NCBI RefSeq assembly: GCF_009914755.1
Contig: NC_060932.1
Direction: 5' to 3' (one strand)
DNA from: the human T2T-CHM13v2.0 reference genome, Homo sapiens
Length of the DNA stretch: 64,000 bases
Shown here piece by piece: positions 13,086 through 25,799 of the stretch (positions are counted from its first letter, which is position 1; every line of letters begins with the position of its first letter). A program made the translations under genes and the position numbers. The notes beneath the pieces were generated by a model, which was given only the letters and a program-made list of their open reading frames with translations, was not told the origin of the DNA and did not search any database.

Positions 13086-13924
13086 AAGCTTACAGCCCCA
13101 TCTCTCACCTGTGGCCTCAGCTTCACAATCTCCGGCCAGGGACTATATGAAGCCTTCCAAAGCAGCCCATTCCGTGTTCACAGTAGGCCTAGTTCTGGCC
13201 CCAGATGAGTCTAATCCCTTTCCCTCAGTACAGTGCTTTCATGTATGTGAAGAAAAGAATATAAAAGTCCCACAGAGCGATTCCAGGCCAGAGAGTCCCA
13301 GCTACTGTCCTCGGCATCCGCCAGCTCATGAGAAATCCCCTTAACTTGTACCAGTCAGGGCAGCACAGAGGGAACGATCCTCTCCCTTCCTTTGAACAGT
13401 ATTCTCTTATTGCAGCCCAAGGTCTCACTAATGTTTAAACAGCCAGGTGACACTGTCAACTCCGTTGGCACTTTCAACTCAAAAAAAAAAAAAACGCAAC
13501 TTACATCTTTTTCATGTGTAGCAAATGTGATTCAAGGACATGTTGTCACTCCCATCAAGTATATGGAAAATATTCTTTTTATCTAAACACAATGAATCAA
13601 GTATGAAATATGCCTGCAAAGTACATTATTTTTGTAAAAAGTGGGGGATCTGAGCAGGCACCCACACCACCTATTGACAGCCAAGCCAAGTTTGTACACA
13701 TCAGATTATTTCCAAAGAACCAAAACACACAGGTTGGGGAAAACGTAACCTTCCAGATCCAGCTGCATATACAGAAGAAATGTGCTGATGATCTCTGATT
13801 ATTTGTCAGTCTTCAGATTTCAGCTCCATAACCTGCACTAGCTCCCAATGTTGGTAAATCATTCAACCTCTCAATGCCTCGGTTCACTTACCTGTAAATT
13901 GGGGATAATTAGAACACTACTTTG

Positions 13925-14330
13925 TGTTGGCTACTATGGACTACAAGATAGTCCCACATCAACAGGCCTTCTTGCTGTCTGGCTGTGGCTAGTTTGGCCA
14001 ATTGGGAGGCACCAGCACCAGATCAGAGAGTGGAAGAGAGTGGCTGGGGCCTTTATCCACCTGGATGCCTCCCCACCAGGCCACAATGGGCAGTAGTCAT
14101 ATTCCTCTACTGAAAACCACAGCTCCAGCCAGCAGCCCTGTCCCCTGAACAACTCCAGAAACTGCTCTCTCACCTCATGCTGTCAGGGCTGGGTAGTGAA
14201 GGCTTGCATGCACTGCTGGCCACTTCTGGTGGGTTCCCTGATCTTACCCGCACCTTTGTAAATAGTCCCTTCATTAACTTTCCTCAGTTACTGCCTTCTG
14301 AGCAGTTCATCCGCCTCCTTATGGGATGCT
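13925..14330 (+). mobile_element. Old ERVL-class LTR fragment, inserted in a MIR
   Basis: tttggccaattgggaggcaccagcaccagatcagagag... and tttgtaaatagtcccttcattaac. MIR core just upstream (13800-13925). Confidence 0.5.
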
Positions 14331-14756
14331 GGAGGAGGAATCTTTCATAGGATTTAGCAGAATTAATCAATACTTGAATCGCCTTTAGGCATTTGCTAGC
14401 ATGAGTGCTATTATTAGCAACAGTAGTCTACTTCTGTGAGGAATCCTGGGCCATGAGATCTCTCGATGCCGTATTTACATTTCCTCCCCAAGTTCAGTAC
14501 CATTTACTAGAGATAGACATATTTTCAGTTGTACAGATGTGGGGAAAACTATTATGTTCTCTCATCTAAATAATTAAAATAACTTCTCTGCTGCTTTCCT
14601 CTTCTCCCCACCCCCTCTCTAACGTCCAAACCTTCCGATCATGCCATTATCACAGGCAACAAATATCCAATGGTTCCCCATGACCCTAGAATGAAGTTTA
14701 AACTCTACCACTATTTCTCACAATTCAATTCCAACCTACCTTCAAGAATGTGTTCA

Positions 14757-15465
14757 ACATTTCACACCTACTAGCATGGCTATTATATTAAAAGAAAAAA
14801 CAGAAAATAACAAGTGTTGATGGAATCCTTGTGCATTGCTGGTGGGTATGTTAAATGGTACCACCGTGGAAAACAGTGGATGTTCCTCCAAAACTTAAAC
14901 ACAGAATTGCCATATAACTCAGCATTTCCACTTCTGGGTATATACCCAGAAGAACTGAAAACAGGGAGTTGAACATATCACTGTACACCCATATTCACAG
15001 CAGTGTTTTCACAGTAGCCAAAAGATGGAAGCAACCCAAACGTCCATCAGCAGATGCATGGATAAACAAAGTGTGGTACATACATACAATGGAACAGTAT
15101 TCCACCTTAAAAAGGAAAGAAATTCTGCCCATGTTACAACACGGATGATCTCTGGGGACATTATTATAAGTGAAATAGGCCAGTCACAAAAAAGACAAAT
15201 ACCTTTTATATGAGGTACCTAGAGTAGTCAATTCATAGAGACAGAAAGTAGAATAGTGGTTGCCAGAGGTTGGAAGGGAGGAGGAGATAGGAAGTTAGTG
15301 TTTAGTGGAAACAGAGTTTCAGCTGGGCAGGATGAAGAAGTTCTGGAGATGGATGGTGGTGATGGTTGCACAATAATGTGAATGTACTTAAAGCCACTGA
15401 ACTGTACGTTTAAGAATGGTTAAAATGGTCAATTTTATGTTATGTATATTTAACCACAGTTTTTT
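14757..15465 (+). mobile_element. L1MB-type 3' end
   Basis: acagaaaataacaagtgttg..., atggaagcaacccaaacgtccatc, catagagacagaaagtagaatagtggttgccag, aatggttaaaatggtcaattttatgttatg. Confidence 0.85.
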
Positions 15466-16059
15466 AAAAGGTTGTATTCAAGAAATATTTATTGCTTGCC
15501 TATGGCACAAAGCACTGTACTGGGGCTGCCTCAGGAAACAAAATGCAAGACCACCATCCCCAGGAAGGGAACTTACCTCCTGCACATTCCCCTACCTGCT
15601 CCAGATTCTAGTCAATCCCTTCCCTAATTATGTCTTGCACTTTCACATTAGAATATAAATTCCTAAAGACAGGGGACTAGATCTTATTCAGCCTATATCC
15701 CTACAACCTAACAGAATGCTGAGCATGTAGAAACTGCTCAAGAATATTGGTCAAATAGTTGAGTAAAAATCCAGGCAGAGACGTCTATGTCATTTTTCTC
15801 ATGTCTTCTAGCCAGTCAGAACTTAAAATTTCTTGAAGTTATATAGCTATACTTGCAGGAATAGAGAGGCTAGAGCTTCACACTAAGCTCACTAAACTCA
15901 CTTTAAATACTCTGTTCACAAGTAATTCTACTAAGTGCATAAATTGTGGATTTCAGATGAGAACTCCACTATTTACTGACCATGTGACCTTGAGCAAATT
16001 ATTGCGTGCTTCTAACGCTGTTTCTCTTATCTATGAAGAGGGAATGCTAACAGTCCTAT

Positions 16060-16600
16060 AGTGAACATCTGTTGCTTTGCAATCCAAAATCCAGGGGCTC
16101 ATCTCTTGGTGAGAGTATAACAATTTTCTGCTGAAGAAACACCCCTGCTCCTATTTCTCAGCCCGTCTCTAAGGATGAAACATGTGACATGTGATGAAGC
16201 CCAAGCCTAGTAACATGTGGCACCCTGGTCACAGGAATAGACACAGGACCCAATCAATGCTGACGAGCCAGAGTAAGTCATTGTGAGCAATGCCGGGATG
16301 GAGACTTCCACTTTCTGGCTGGATTTAAAGCCCAGACTATGTAAGGTCTGGAGCTCTTCCAGCCATCCTACAACGAGATGGGGCCTCAATGAGATGGTAC
16401 TAAAAATGGTGCCGACTCCATGAAAGCAAGCTGAGAAAAATAGAGAAATGAGGTCCCGCTAACAATGTTTGAGGCCTGAATCAGGCCATATGTGAAATGT
16501 CTTCCTCTGGACTGAGGAGTTATCAGAGCCAAAATAACATTCCTTTTTTGCTAAAACAGTTTGAATGTTGGGGTTCCTGACACAACAGAATTGAGTCCTA
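16060..16600 (+). mobile_element. Old MaLR LTR (MLT1K-like) within MIR fragments
   Basis: Shares motifs with the 560-1070 element. Terminal ttgctaaaacagtttgaatgttgggg...acaacagaattgagtcct. Confidence 0.5.
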
Positions 16601-16994
16601 AGTAAAATATCTCCTGAAAAATTATCATAAATGTTAAATGAGGTATTCCATGTAAACCAGGGCCACATAGTACACACTCAATAAATGCCAATATCAATGT
16701 TAACTGCAGTGATTGTTCATTGTTGTGGTAGAAAGTTCCTGTCTTCTAGGGACTTTTAACTCATGTGCTCTATCCCTGATTTCTGTCTTCATTATCCGCA
16801 AATGATATTCTCTAGGATAGGAATGGTAAAGACTATTCCCTAATCCCATTCCCTAGCAGACAGACATCACTAGTTGACCACAGCACACTTTCTTGCTGAG
16901 CCCAGACCCAGCCTAGGATTCCTACTGGACCCAGATTTCCAGGCAGCCAGTCAGATGATGTGCAATATGAAACCAATATGTCTCAGCTTCATTG

Positions 16995-17155
16995 CAACAG
17001 TTGGCAAAATTTTCCTATAAGGAGCTAAGTAGTAAGTATTTTAGACATGGTCCCTATCACATATTCTTCTCCGTGTTTTGTTGTGTTGTGTTGTGTTTTT
17101 GTTTACAACGCTTTAAAAATATAAAGCTCATTCTTTGCTCTCGGTTGTACAAAAA
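16995..17155. mobile_element. MER58-family hAT fragment
   Basis: gttggcaaaattttcctataagg...tagtaagtattttag and tttaaaaatataaagctcattctt.gctc. Confidence 0.5.
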
Positions 17156-17934
17156 TCCCTTCTCTAGAGCTTTGAAGCCAGACTCTGGGGCTGCCTCAGG
17201 GAAGCAGCAGCTCTTATCTTCCCGTGCAACTTCCTGGGACCCCAGGAGTTGGAGAGCTTGGAGTGGGTGCCTGAGTCAGAAAAGTACCCTCTGAACATAC
17301 TGAATAGTCCAAAAAGTAACAAAAGAGCTTTGGTGACTGCAGATTTCCTGTTATCATACCAATACCAGGCAATCTGAAATTCACATTCTGAGGGATGCTA
17401 TACATAATTCAAGGAAAAGCTATAAAACCCATGTGTGTTATAAACTTCACCTCTGCCTCCAGAACCAAATTCACTGCACAACCCTTTCAAAAAATTGGAC
17501 CTCCATCCCCTACAGCCACATCTGAGATGCCTGACCTTTTCATGAGAGAAGTAAGGAAAGAGAAGGGTTCAGATCGTTACATTTCTTCATTGTTAGTCTG
17601 CCCCTCGCCATTAAAAGGACACACCTCGAGGGCAAGGATCCCATCAGTTTCAAGACAGTATGCCACATTTCTTTTGACCAACTCTTGATTCCTTAGTATT
17701 TCCCAAGGTTTTTTATCGTAGAGTGTTAGATATAAAGCTTGGTTTGGTCCTCCTCTCTGTCTATTATTCTCTGTGTTTGATTCTGGCTTTAGTGAAAAGG
17801 ACTGGATTTTGTTTGACTGATGTTTGTTTATTCATTCAACAAACATGTACCTACAATCAGAATCCATCTCTCAAGGCACATGCAGGTGCCTTGATACATA
17901 GATACATAGATAATGTACATAGAAAGATACATAG

Positions 17935-18420
17935 ATAATGGTGCAGAATGATGCGAGGGCTACATCCAGGGTAGCATGGCACCTCTGGGAGGGGGAGTGC
18001 CATGCAGCCTGCTGGAAGGCAGTGTCGCAGCAGCTGAGCTGCCAAGAATGCATAGGAGTTGACCAGACAAGGAAGGTTGGGGAGATGATAGATGCTGCGA
18101 CTCAGTGGCTTGAGCAGAGGCTACGTGGGGGGAGGCTTGGGAGATGAGGTTAATGAAGAGAGAAGGGTGGGACCGTGAAAGTCCCTGGAGTGTGAATTCT
18201 ATCCTGAAAACCACAGAAAACCTCTAAAGGAAATTAAGCAGAATGACTGGCTTAGATTTTTGTTTTTGGAATGAGTGTCCACAGTTTGGAGAATGGACTG
18301 GAGTAAGACGGTCCTGATTGGGAACAACAAGCTCAAAAGCAATTGGAACAATTCAGGCAAGAAGTGCTGAGAATATGAACTAAGTCAGTGACAGCAGGAA
18401 CTGAGAGAAGAGGGCGTATA
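17935..18420 (-). mobile_element. L2 fragment
   Basis: Purine-rich L2-like ttctatcctgaaaaccacagaaaacc...ggaaattaagcagaatgac...tgaactaag.cagtgacagcagg. Confidence 0.5.
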
Positions 18421-18429
18421 GCAACAACA

Positions 18430-18680
18430 ACAAAAATAATAAGAGCTCACATTTATGCAGCACTTACAACAAGGCATGATGCTTAGTGCTTTCTGGGTAT
18501 TAACTCATTTTATCTTCACAGTAACCCTGAGATAGCTTTGTTATCTATTATCAACCTCATGCCTCACATCAGAAAACACAGTAGAGGTTAAGTAAGGACC
18601 CCAAGATCCAGGAGCTATTGACGAATGAGCCACAGCTCAAACCCGGCTGTCTGGCTGCAGAGCCCACACTCCTAATGTCC
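18430..18680 (-). mobile_element. MIR SINE
   Basis: acatttatgcagcacttac...attaactcattttatcttcacagtaaccctgaga...gaggttaagtaa..cccaagatc. Confidence 0.75.
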
Positions 18681-19250
18681 ATATTGGCAACTCTCCTAAT
18701 ACAGTTACAGACAGAGGGTCTACAGGACTGGACACTGAATGGTTGAGACAGGGGAGACTCCAGGACAATTTCCAGAGATCTGGCTTGGGTAGGTAAACAT
18801 GTGAATTTCAGTTTCTTGAGCCTCCTCCCCAGATCTGTCCTTGCCCCGCTACCGCAAGTACCCACACTCCCACCATCACACCACACCCCCTCTCCTTTGT
18901 AGTCTGCATCAAGGCCTTTGGCCATAAAACACGGGGATCTCCCAATTGGAGTGAAAAACCTCACAAGCATTTCCAATTAGGTCTGAGAAACCCCTGACAG
19001 CAAACTCTGCTCTTGGTAATACAGTGGCTTAGGTCTGTTATTTTCAAATCAGCCAGAAGTAGGAAAACTTTGAGCGAGCTTGTGTGGTTTCCTTCTGAGA
19101 GAGTGAGACCTTGGCTGCCTACTTCTGTGTTTCACCGTAGCTGCCCTACGGAACAGAACATAGACCTTCTTGCGGGGCTAGCGTGTAAGCACAGCAGCAC
19201 ACCAGCCGCCTCGCCTGCGGCCTCCGACAGACCCGCAGGAAGAAACTGAC

Positions 19251-19315
19251 CCTGGCAGGAGCTCTGCAGAGCCAAATGGCATTCTTTCTCCATGCACAAA
19301 AGTTAAAGCAAGCAA
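19251..19315 (-). other. Candidate 65-nt exon (or 3' part of an alternative first exon)
   Basis: Minus strand: T18 tract (19345-19328), ctaatgctgcAG acceptor, then AGG|GTCAGT donor at 19251/19250. Motifs only. Confidence 0.35.
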
Positions 19316-19677
19316 CTGCAGCATTAGAAAAAAAAAAAAAAAAAACTTGTGTATTTCCTGCGGACAGGGAGACCTCCTGCCCCTCCCGGGCTGATACAAC
19401 CCACTTTGCACATCCTGCTTCTCTGGGAGCTAAAAATAAATCGGTATGCACTGAAAAACACTCAAACACATCTCCCCAGCACACCCTTCCCGAGTCCTCG
19501 AGCGCAAGGGACACGAATCTTTCAGGTCCTGAGTCCAAAATGCAGACCACTTCCTCGTCCGTGTTCAACCAGCGCCTTTCGGCCTCTCCCTTGGCCCCCT
19601 CCCCAGACGCCCACGCCCCGCACTCGCCTCCTGTGGCCTTTCCGGGCAGACTCCGCAGGCCCGGGATCCAGCGGGTG

Positions 19678-19707
19678 CCCCGGCCCCCGGCCCCGGCCCC
19701 GGCCCCC
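19678..19707 (-). repeat. Imperfect (GGGGCC)5 repeat, G-quadruplex motif
   Basis: Minus strand reads GGGGG CC GGGG CC GGGG CC GGGGG CC GGGG. Confidence 0.85.
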
Positions 19708-20105
19708 GGGGCGGGATGCTCCAGAGGTCCCCGGGCCGCCAGGCTCACCAACGCCCCCTTCTGCCCAGCGCGCCCCATCCCGCCGGCCCCACGCGCCTCT
19801 GCGCGGCCCTCTGCAAAGTTGCTCTCTCCTTTTCTGCCGCCCACCCTCAAGGTCTGTAATTTTGTTTTGTTTTCCCTCAGAGGCACTGGGGGAATGACAG
19901 AGGAATTGACAGGGTGAACTGCACCCAGGAGGGAGCTGCTGGAACCAGGTTCCCAGAACCGCGCGCTCCTCGAACCCACCCCTGCGCCCGCGGCGCACCG
20001 AGCGCACGGGTCCCCCCCAGCAGCCGCCCCCGGCACACCCGCCCCGGCTGCAACTCCGACTCCGCTCTGGCTCCCGAGAAGCGGAGGGAAGGCGCTGCGA
20101 CTCAC

Positions 20106-20210
20106 CGCCTCGGCCGCTCCCAGCGTCTGTGTCGCTTCGGGCGAGGCGGCGGCAGCAGCGGCAGCGCCTTCCCTCCGCCCGCCTCCCCCTGGACAGCACC
20201 GTCGCCAGCC
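20106..20210 (-). other. Putative non-coding first exon (5' boundary unknown)
   Basis: Consensus donor GCG|GTGAGT (plus strand actcac 20100-20105) inside the CpG island, with GCC/CTG-rich 5'UTR-like sequence upstream. Confidence 0.6.
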
Positions 20211-21651
20211 GCGCCCCCCTCCCCAGCCTGGCTCGCCGCCTCCCTCCTCGCGGCCGCAGACCCCCTCTCCACTGCAGCCCCGCAGGCAGCCTCTCCGGCG
20301 TGGGCTTCACCGCGGGGTTGCAGGGGGGCCAAGATGAGGCGCGGGATTTGCAGGTGCAGTGGACGCCCCCCCCCCCCACGCTTGCCCTGGTGCAGCCTCC
20401 GGGCGTGTCCCCACGGTGCCCCATAGTCCTAGCTCACCGCCCAGGCCTCTAGCCAGCCTGCACTGCTACTTTCCAAGGGGTGCCATCTGCTTGCCTCCTC
20501 GGGTCCTGGGAGGTCAGATTCAGCCTAGAGCACCTCCTTCCAAGCTTCGATTTGAGGGGGGGTCTGGGGTCCCTGCTCTACCGCAGTGAAGTTCAAGGGA
20601 GCCTTGGAAGGCAGTTGAAAAGCTTCTCAGGTGGTGTCCTCTGGACTCTTCATGCCCACAAGGTGGGAGGGGGGCTGCTTTTGTCTAACTAGTGCTTTCT
20701 CTACCCAAAGCCTTCTGTAAACTGTCTAGGAAAAGCTTAACAAAAAATCCGGAGGAAGACATCTAAGGGGCCCCTCTCCTGCCCCTCCTTCCTCCCCTCA
20801 AATTTTTCATCTCGTGTGGAGATAATGAGAAGCAAAATGTCTTGTCAATTCATTCACCCAATATTTATCGAGTACCTGCTGGCTGCCAGCACCTGTTTCC
20901 TGTCTTGCTGTGTCGTCCACTCATGGCCTCTCAAAAAGCCACTGTAACTAACTCCTTGTGCTTGTCAACCCTGGTGACATTTCCAGAACCCGCAGAAGGT
21001 CTCAAGAGCAACTCAAATTCATCAATTTAAAAAGTTGCTGCTTAAAAATAACAAGGCTGCAAAGGCACCGTGACCTGGCCTTCCTCGTTGTAATGTTTGC
21101 AAAATCTTTTAACATGACTGGTTATAGAAAGGACAGTTACATTGAGGTCCAGACAGCTGCCAACTCTGATTTAAACACCAAGTAAAAGTTTCATCTAATC
21201 AAAAGCACCCTTTCCTAGCTCTACCGGTTGCCTTCAATTGTAAAACAAAAATTATCTAGGAGGCTGTTAAACCATCATCAAATACTAAAACCTTTGCTTG
21301 CACTGGGTTAGCAGGTTAGCCCAGCATTTCCCCTCCTGGACACACAGGAGGAGAAATGCTGGACTAATCTGCTAATCCAATGCAAGCAAAAATTTGCATT
21401 GGAAAGTTGGATTTTTTGGTTTTTGGTTTTTTCTTTTTTCTTAATACTAGGCCCGACCCCGAGAGAATCTAATCTAATTGTTAAAAAAAAAAAAATCCGG
21501 GGTTCAGGGGTGTCCAGCTTTGTATGGGTATTTTTTTCACATGGGCCCCAGGAGACTCTGATGTGTGGCCAGGGTTGGAAACCACCATAGGATTAGCCAA
21601 TCATCAAGCAGGGCCTAAGGGAACGTCCCGTTGATACAGCAAAAGGTCTGC

Positions 21652-22030
21652 ACAGGTGTTGCAAACTCAAATGTCCCTGAAGGATAAAAGCAGGTGACAA
21701 AGAAGTAACTTAAGTGGTTATACAGGGACAAACTGAGAAGGGCACAATGGCCCTGAAAAAGGCAGCCTCATTTTTCTACGTGGGAAAAGAGGGTCCAGTG
21801 TGGCCATCAAGTCGGGGTATTTTATTTTATTTTGGTTTGGTTCCCCCTGCCCCCAAGAGAAGCCAGAAGTTCACGTTTAATGTGAACTCTTCTAATTTAA
21901 AAATATTAGTAACTTATTTTTTAAATATTTTAAAAAATTTTAAATATTTTTTAAATATTTCTCTATAAGCCAAGAAAATAAGAATTTGTAGGCCACAAGT
22001 GGTCCCCTGGTCATCGGTTCATCACCTGTA
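21652..22030. mobile_element. hAT-Charlie-type DNA transposon relic
   Basis: Imperfect terminal inverted repeats acaggtgttgcaaac / ggttcatcacctgt and internal gaagccagaagttcacgttt.atgtgaactcttctaattt. Confidence 0.5.
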
Positions 22031-22169
22031 GTCTGGACAGATTCTGTGCATAGGAAGCAGTTAGGAAGGTGCTTGGGGTGGGATTCCTCAGAGAGAGAGG
22101 TGATTTTAAAGTCCACTTTATCTACTTTTCTTTATTGATGTGATTTTTCTTTAATGATCTCTACTGTTA

Positions 22170-23535
22170 AAAAAAAAAACAGTTTTGCTGAGGTATAATT
22201 CACACATCATACTATTCACTCAAAATATGCAATTTAATATTTTTTGCATATGCAGTTAGTTGTACAAACTATTACCATAGCCAATTTTAGAACTGATTTT
22301 CATCACCCCATAAAGAAATCCCACACCTATTAGCACTCATTCCCTTCTTTCCCCAACCCCCAACTTCCAGTGACCACTTATCTATTTTCTCTCTATGTAG
22401 ATTTGCCAATTCTGGACATTTTATATAAATGGAATCATACAATTTGAGGACTTTGTGACTGGCTTCTTTCACTCAGCTTAATGTTATCAAGGCTGTCTCA
22501 TGTTGTAGCATGCATCAGTACTTTGTTCCTCTTTATGAACAAACGATGTCATTGTATAGCTCTATCACATTTTGATTATCCATTTATCAGTTGACAGACA
22601 TTTAGGTTGTTTCACTTTTTTACTATTGTGGATAATGCTACTATGAACATTTGTGTTCGAGTTTTTGTGTGGATGTACATTTTCATTTTTCTTGGGTATA
22701 TATATAAATTGCCAGATCACATGGTAACTCCACGTTGAACATTTTGAGAAATTGCCATACCTTTTCCCAAACCAGCTGCACCATTCTACATTCCCACCAG
22801 CACTATATGAAGGTTCCAGATTTCTTCCATATCCTCGCCAACACTTGTTATTTGCCACTGAAAAAATCATACCATCCTAGTGGAGGCACAATGGTATCTC
22901 TTTTTTTAAATTTTTCTTTAAGTTCTGGGATACATGTGCAGAATGTGCAGGTTTGTTACATAGGTATACATGTGCCATGGTGGTTTGCTGCACCCATCAA
23001 CCCATCATCTAGGTTTTAAGCCCCACATGCATTAGGTATTTGTCCTAATGCTCTCCATCCCCTTGCTCCCCACCCCCCACAACCGACAGGCCCTGGTGTG
23101 TGTTGTTCCCTCCCTGTGTCCGTGTGTTCCATGTGTTCTCATAGAGTGGTATCTTATAACATTTGATTTCCATTTTCCTAATGGCTCATGGTGTTGGTCA
23201 TCTTCATGTGTGTATTGGCCATAACTTCTTCAGAGAAATGTCTATTCAGATCCTTTGCCCATTTTAAATTTGGTTATTTATCATTTTATTATCCAGGTGT
23301 GAGAATTTTTTTATATACTCTGGATATAAGTCCCTTATCAGATCTATGATTTGTCAGTATTTCCTCCATTTCTGTGGCTTGCCTTTTTATTTTCTTGGTG
23401 CTGTCCTTTGACGCATAAAAGTTTTCCATTTTGATGAAACACAAATTATCTGTCTTTTCTTTTGATGCTTGTACTTTTAGTGTCATACCTAAAAGGCTTT
23501 GCCTAATTCAAGAACATAAAGATTTATGTCTGAAT
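22170..23535 (-). mobile_element. L1MB-type element, 3' part
   Basis: Reverse L1 3'UTR/ORF2 motifs (ttctggacattttatataaatggaatcatac; agaaatgtctattcagatcctttgccc). Confidence 0.85.
22899..23146 (-). mobile_element. 5'-truncated L1PA (L1PA7/8-like) inserted in L1MB
   Basis: aagttctgggatacatgtgcagaatgtgcaggtttgttacatagg, with flanking direct repeat tggtatct. Confidence 0.85.
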
Positions 23536-23547
23536 GTTGGGCCCTGC

Positions 23548-23842
<295 letters not shown>

Positions 23843-25799
23843 GGGCCCTGCTTTTTTAAACGCTCTTTCAACAGTGTGGTATTGAAAACTGGGAACACTG
23901 AGACAACCGGCAGTAAGTCTACATTCAGAGCCTCCCACCTCAAGAGGTCTCATTTGCTGGGACAGTTCTCTCACCACCTCATTTGGTCAACTTTGGGCAC
24001 TGACTGGCAAGTTTGTGTCAAGCAAGCAACTGAATGTATAGATTTTAGACTAGCCAGTCCAACAATGGCAAGTATTCATTCTAAGGGCCTCCTGTGTGCT
24101 TAGAGCTGCTCCAGGCTCTCAGGATATAGCACTAAACAAGACAGACAGGTTCATGCTCTTGTGGGCCTTAAAGTTTAATGAGAGAAAAATAAATAGAGCA
24201 CATAAGACATATATTAGATGAGTGCCTATGTCAGTAATTCACATAGAATGATTGATGGAACAGCTGAGGAAGGAGCCAGGCAGGGGAAACATAGTGCAAA
24301 GGCTCTAACTTGGGGGTAGGTTGGGGGGAAATACACAGCTTATTCTGGAATCCAGGAAATCAGATGTGCTAGAGCTTGGTGGGGGTGCCTTTGGCTGAAC
24401 TCCCCGCAAGCAGAGCCTGAGCAAAAGTTTAGGCATGAACAGTGCGTAAGGAAGTGAAATCACAGGGGAGTAGGACTGAGAGAAAAGGGAAGTGAGTCAG
24501 GAGAAGAGGGAGAGCAACTACAAGGAAGTGCATTCCATGGCTGGGCATTGCCTCTCGAGTCTGCAGGAGCACCAAGGGTTGGTCAGGAGGCAGTATGGGG
24601 GCATTACTGAGAGTTTAGGAGGGATCCAAGAGAAAGGCACTGATCTATGGTCTTCAGAGAAACAGTGTAATGCTTCTGAAGTTCCAAACATCTGTCGGCA
24701 GTGGAGGAAGACTACTGGTGTGGTTGGAAGAAAGAAAACTTACTAGCAGGCTCCCTTCTCCCGTTAGTCAATTTAGTCTCCCATTAGTTAACTTAGCCCT
24801 CCTAGGTTGCATTTGAGTGGCCACAAAGTAGCTGCCTGGACAACATCAGGGAAGTCCCAAGGTGGAAGGCAAGGCATATGACAGGAGGTGAGGCACTGCT
24901 GGGCTGGCTGTACCTGAGAGCGCCCTGAGGGACTGGGAGCAGCAGCCACAGTGAGCACCTCAATCCGAAGTAGTAGCAGAAGTAGCAGCAACCCGGCCCC
25001 CTGAACACAGTGATAGTACAGACCACTGCTAGGTTTGCTCTAGCAAATTGGTGCATTATCATCTATCTTAGAGGATGCATAAAATGAGCTTAATACAGTG
25101 GCCAGAAGGGAGAGTAAAAAACAAGGTCACAGAGTGCCAGGGCCAGACCATGGACTGTTTTGCAACCTGGGATCAAGAACATAAAATTTACTCTCAGTTG
25201 GAATTTATTCTAAGAACAATGCAAAGTCATTGAAGGCTCCTTTGAAATGTATTTTTTTTAATTGACAAACAATAAAATTCACTTTCTTAATAAGCAGTTC
25301 TGCTTGTTTTAATAAATGCACGGTTGAGTAGCCATCATTTCTATCAGAATTCAGAGCACTGTCACCCCTCCAAAAATGTTACTGCCCATTGTAGTGAAGC
25401 CTTTGCCCTAACCCTAGCCCCTGGCAATCACTGATGTGTTCTTTGCCTCCGTGGTTCTTTCTTTTCAAGAACGTCAGATCAATGAATCATATAGTATGTA
25501 GCCTTTCAAGTCTGGCTTCACTTAGCATGAAGCATGTGTTATTCATTTGTGTTGTTAAGTACATCAATGATTTATTCCTTTTTATGGTATGAATGTACCA
25601 TAGGTTGTTATTCATTCACCAGTTGAAGGAAAGTTAGGTTATTTCCAGTTTGGGGCAATTATTAATAAAGCTACTAAAATAATTGCCTACAGTTTTTTCT
25701 GTGAATACAAGCTGTTATTCCATTTGGTCAAATATATAGGACTGGCATTGCTAGATCCCATGGTAAGTGTATAACTATGATATATATAGCTAAACTATA

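Larger units (their letters stand above)
19160..20420. promoter_or_regulatory. CpG island / promoter of an unidentified gene (probably transcribed on the minus strand)
   Basis: Abrupt rise in GC and CpG density, GC boxes and no repeats. The rest of the window is CpG-depleted. Confidence 0.9.

Noticed and set aside
19160-20420. Naming the host gene
   Set aside because: No coding exon is present and I do not recognise the 5'UTR with confidence. A BLAT search would settle it.
19146-20452. Long overlapping ORFs (319, 300, 213, 182 and 170 aa) in the CpG island
   Set aside because: Low-complexity G/A/P/R-rich translations on both strands are expected from stop-poor GC-rich DNA. No recognisable domain.
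21895-21962. AT-rich quasi-palindromes
   Set aside because: Low-complexity sequence inside a DNA transposon relic.
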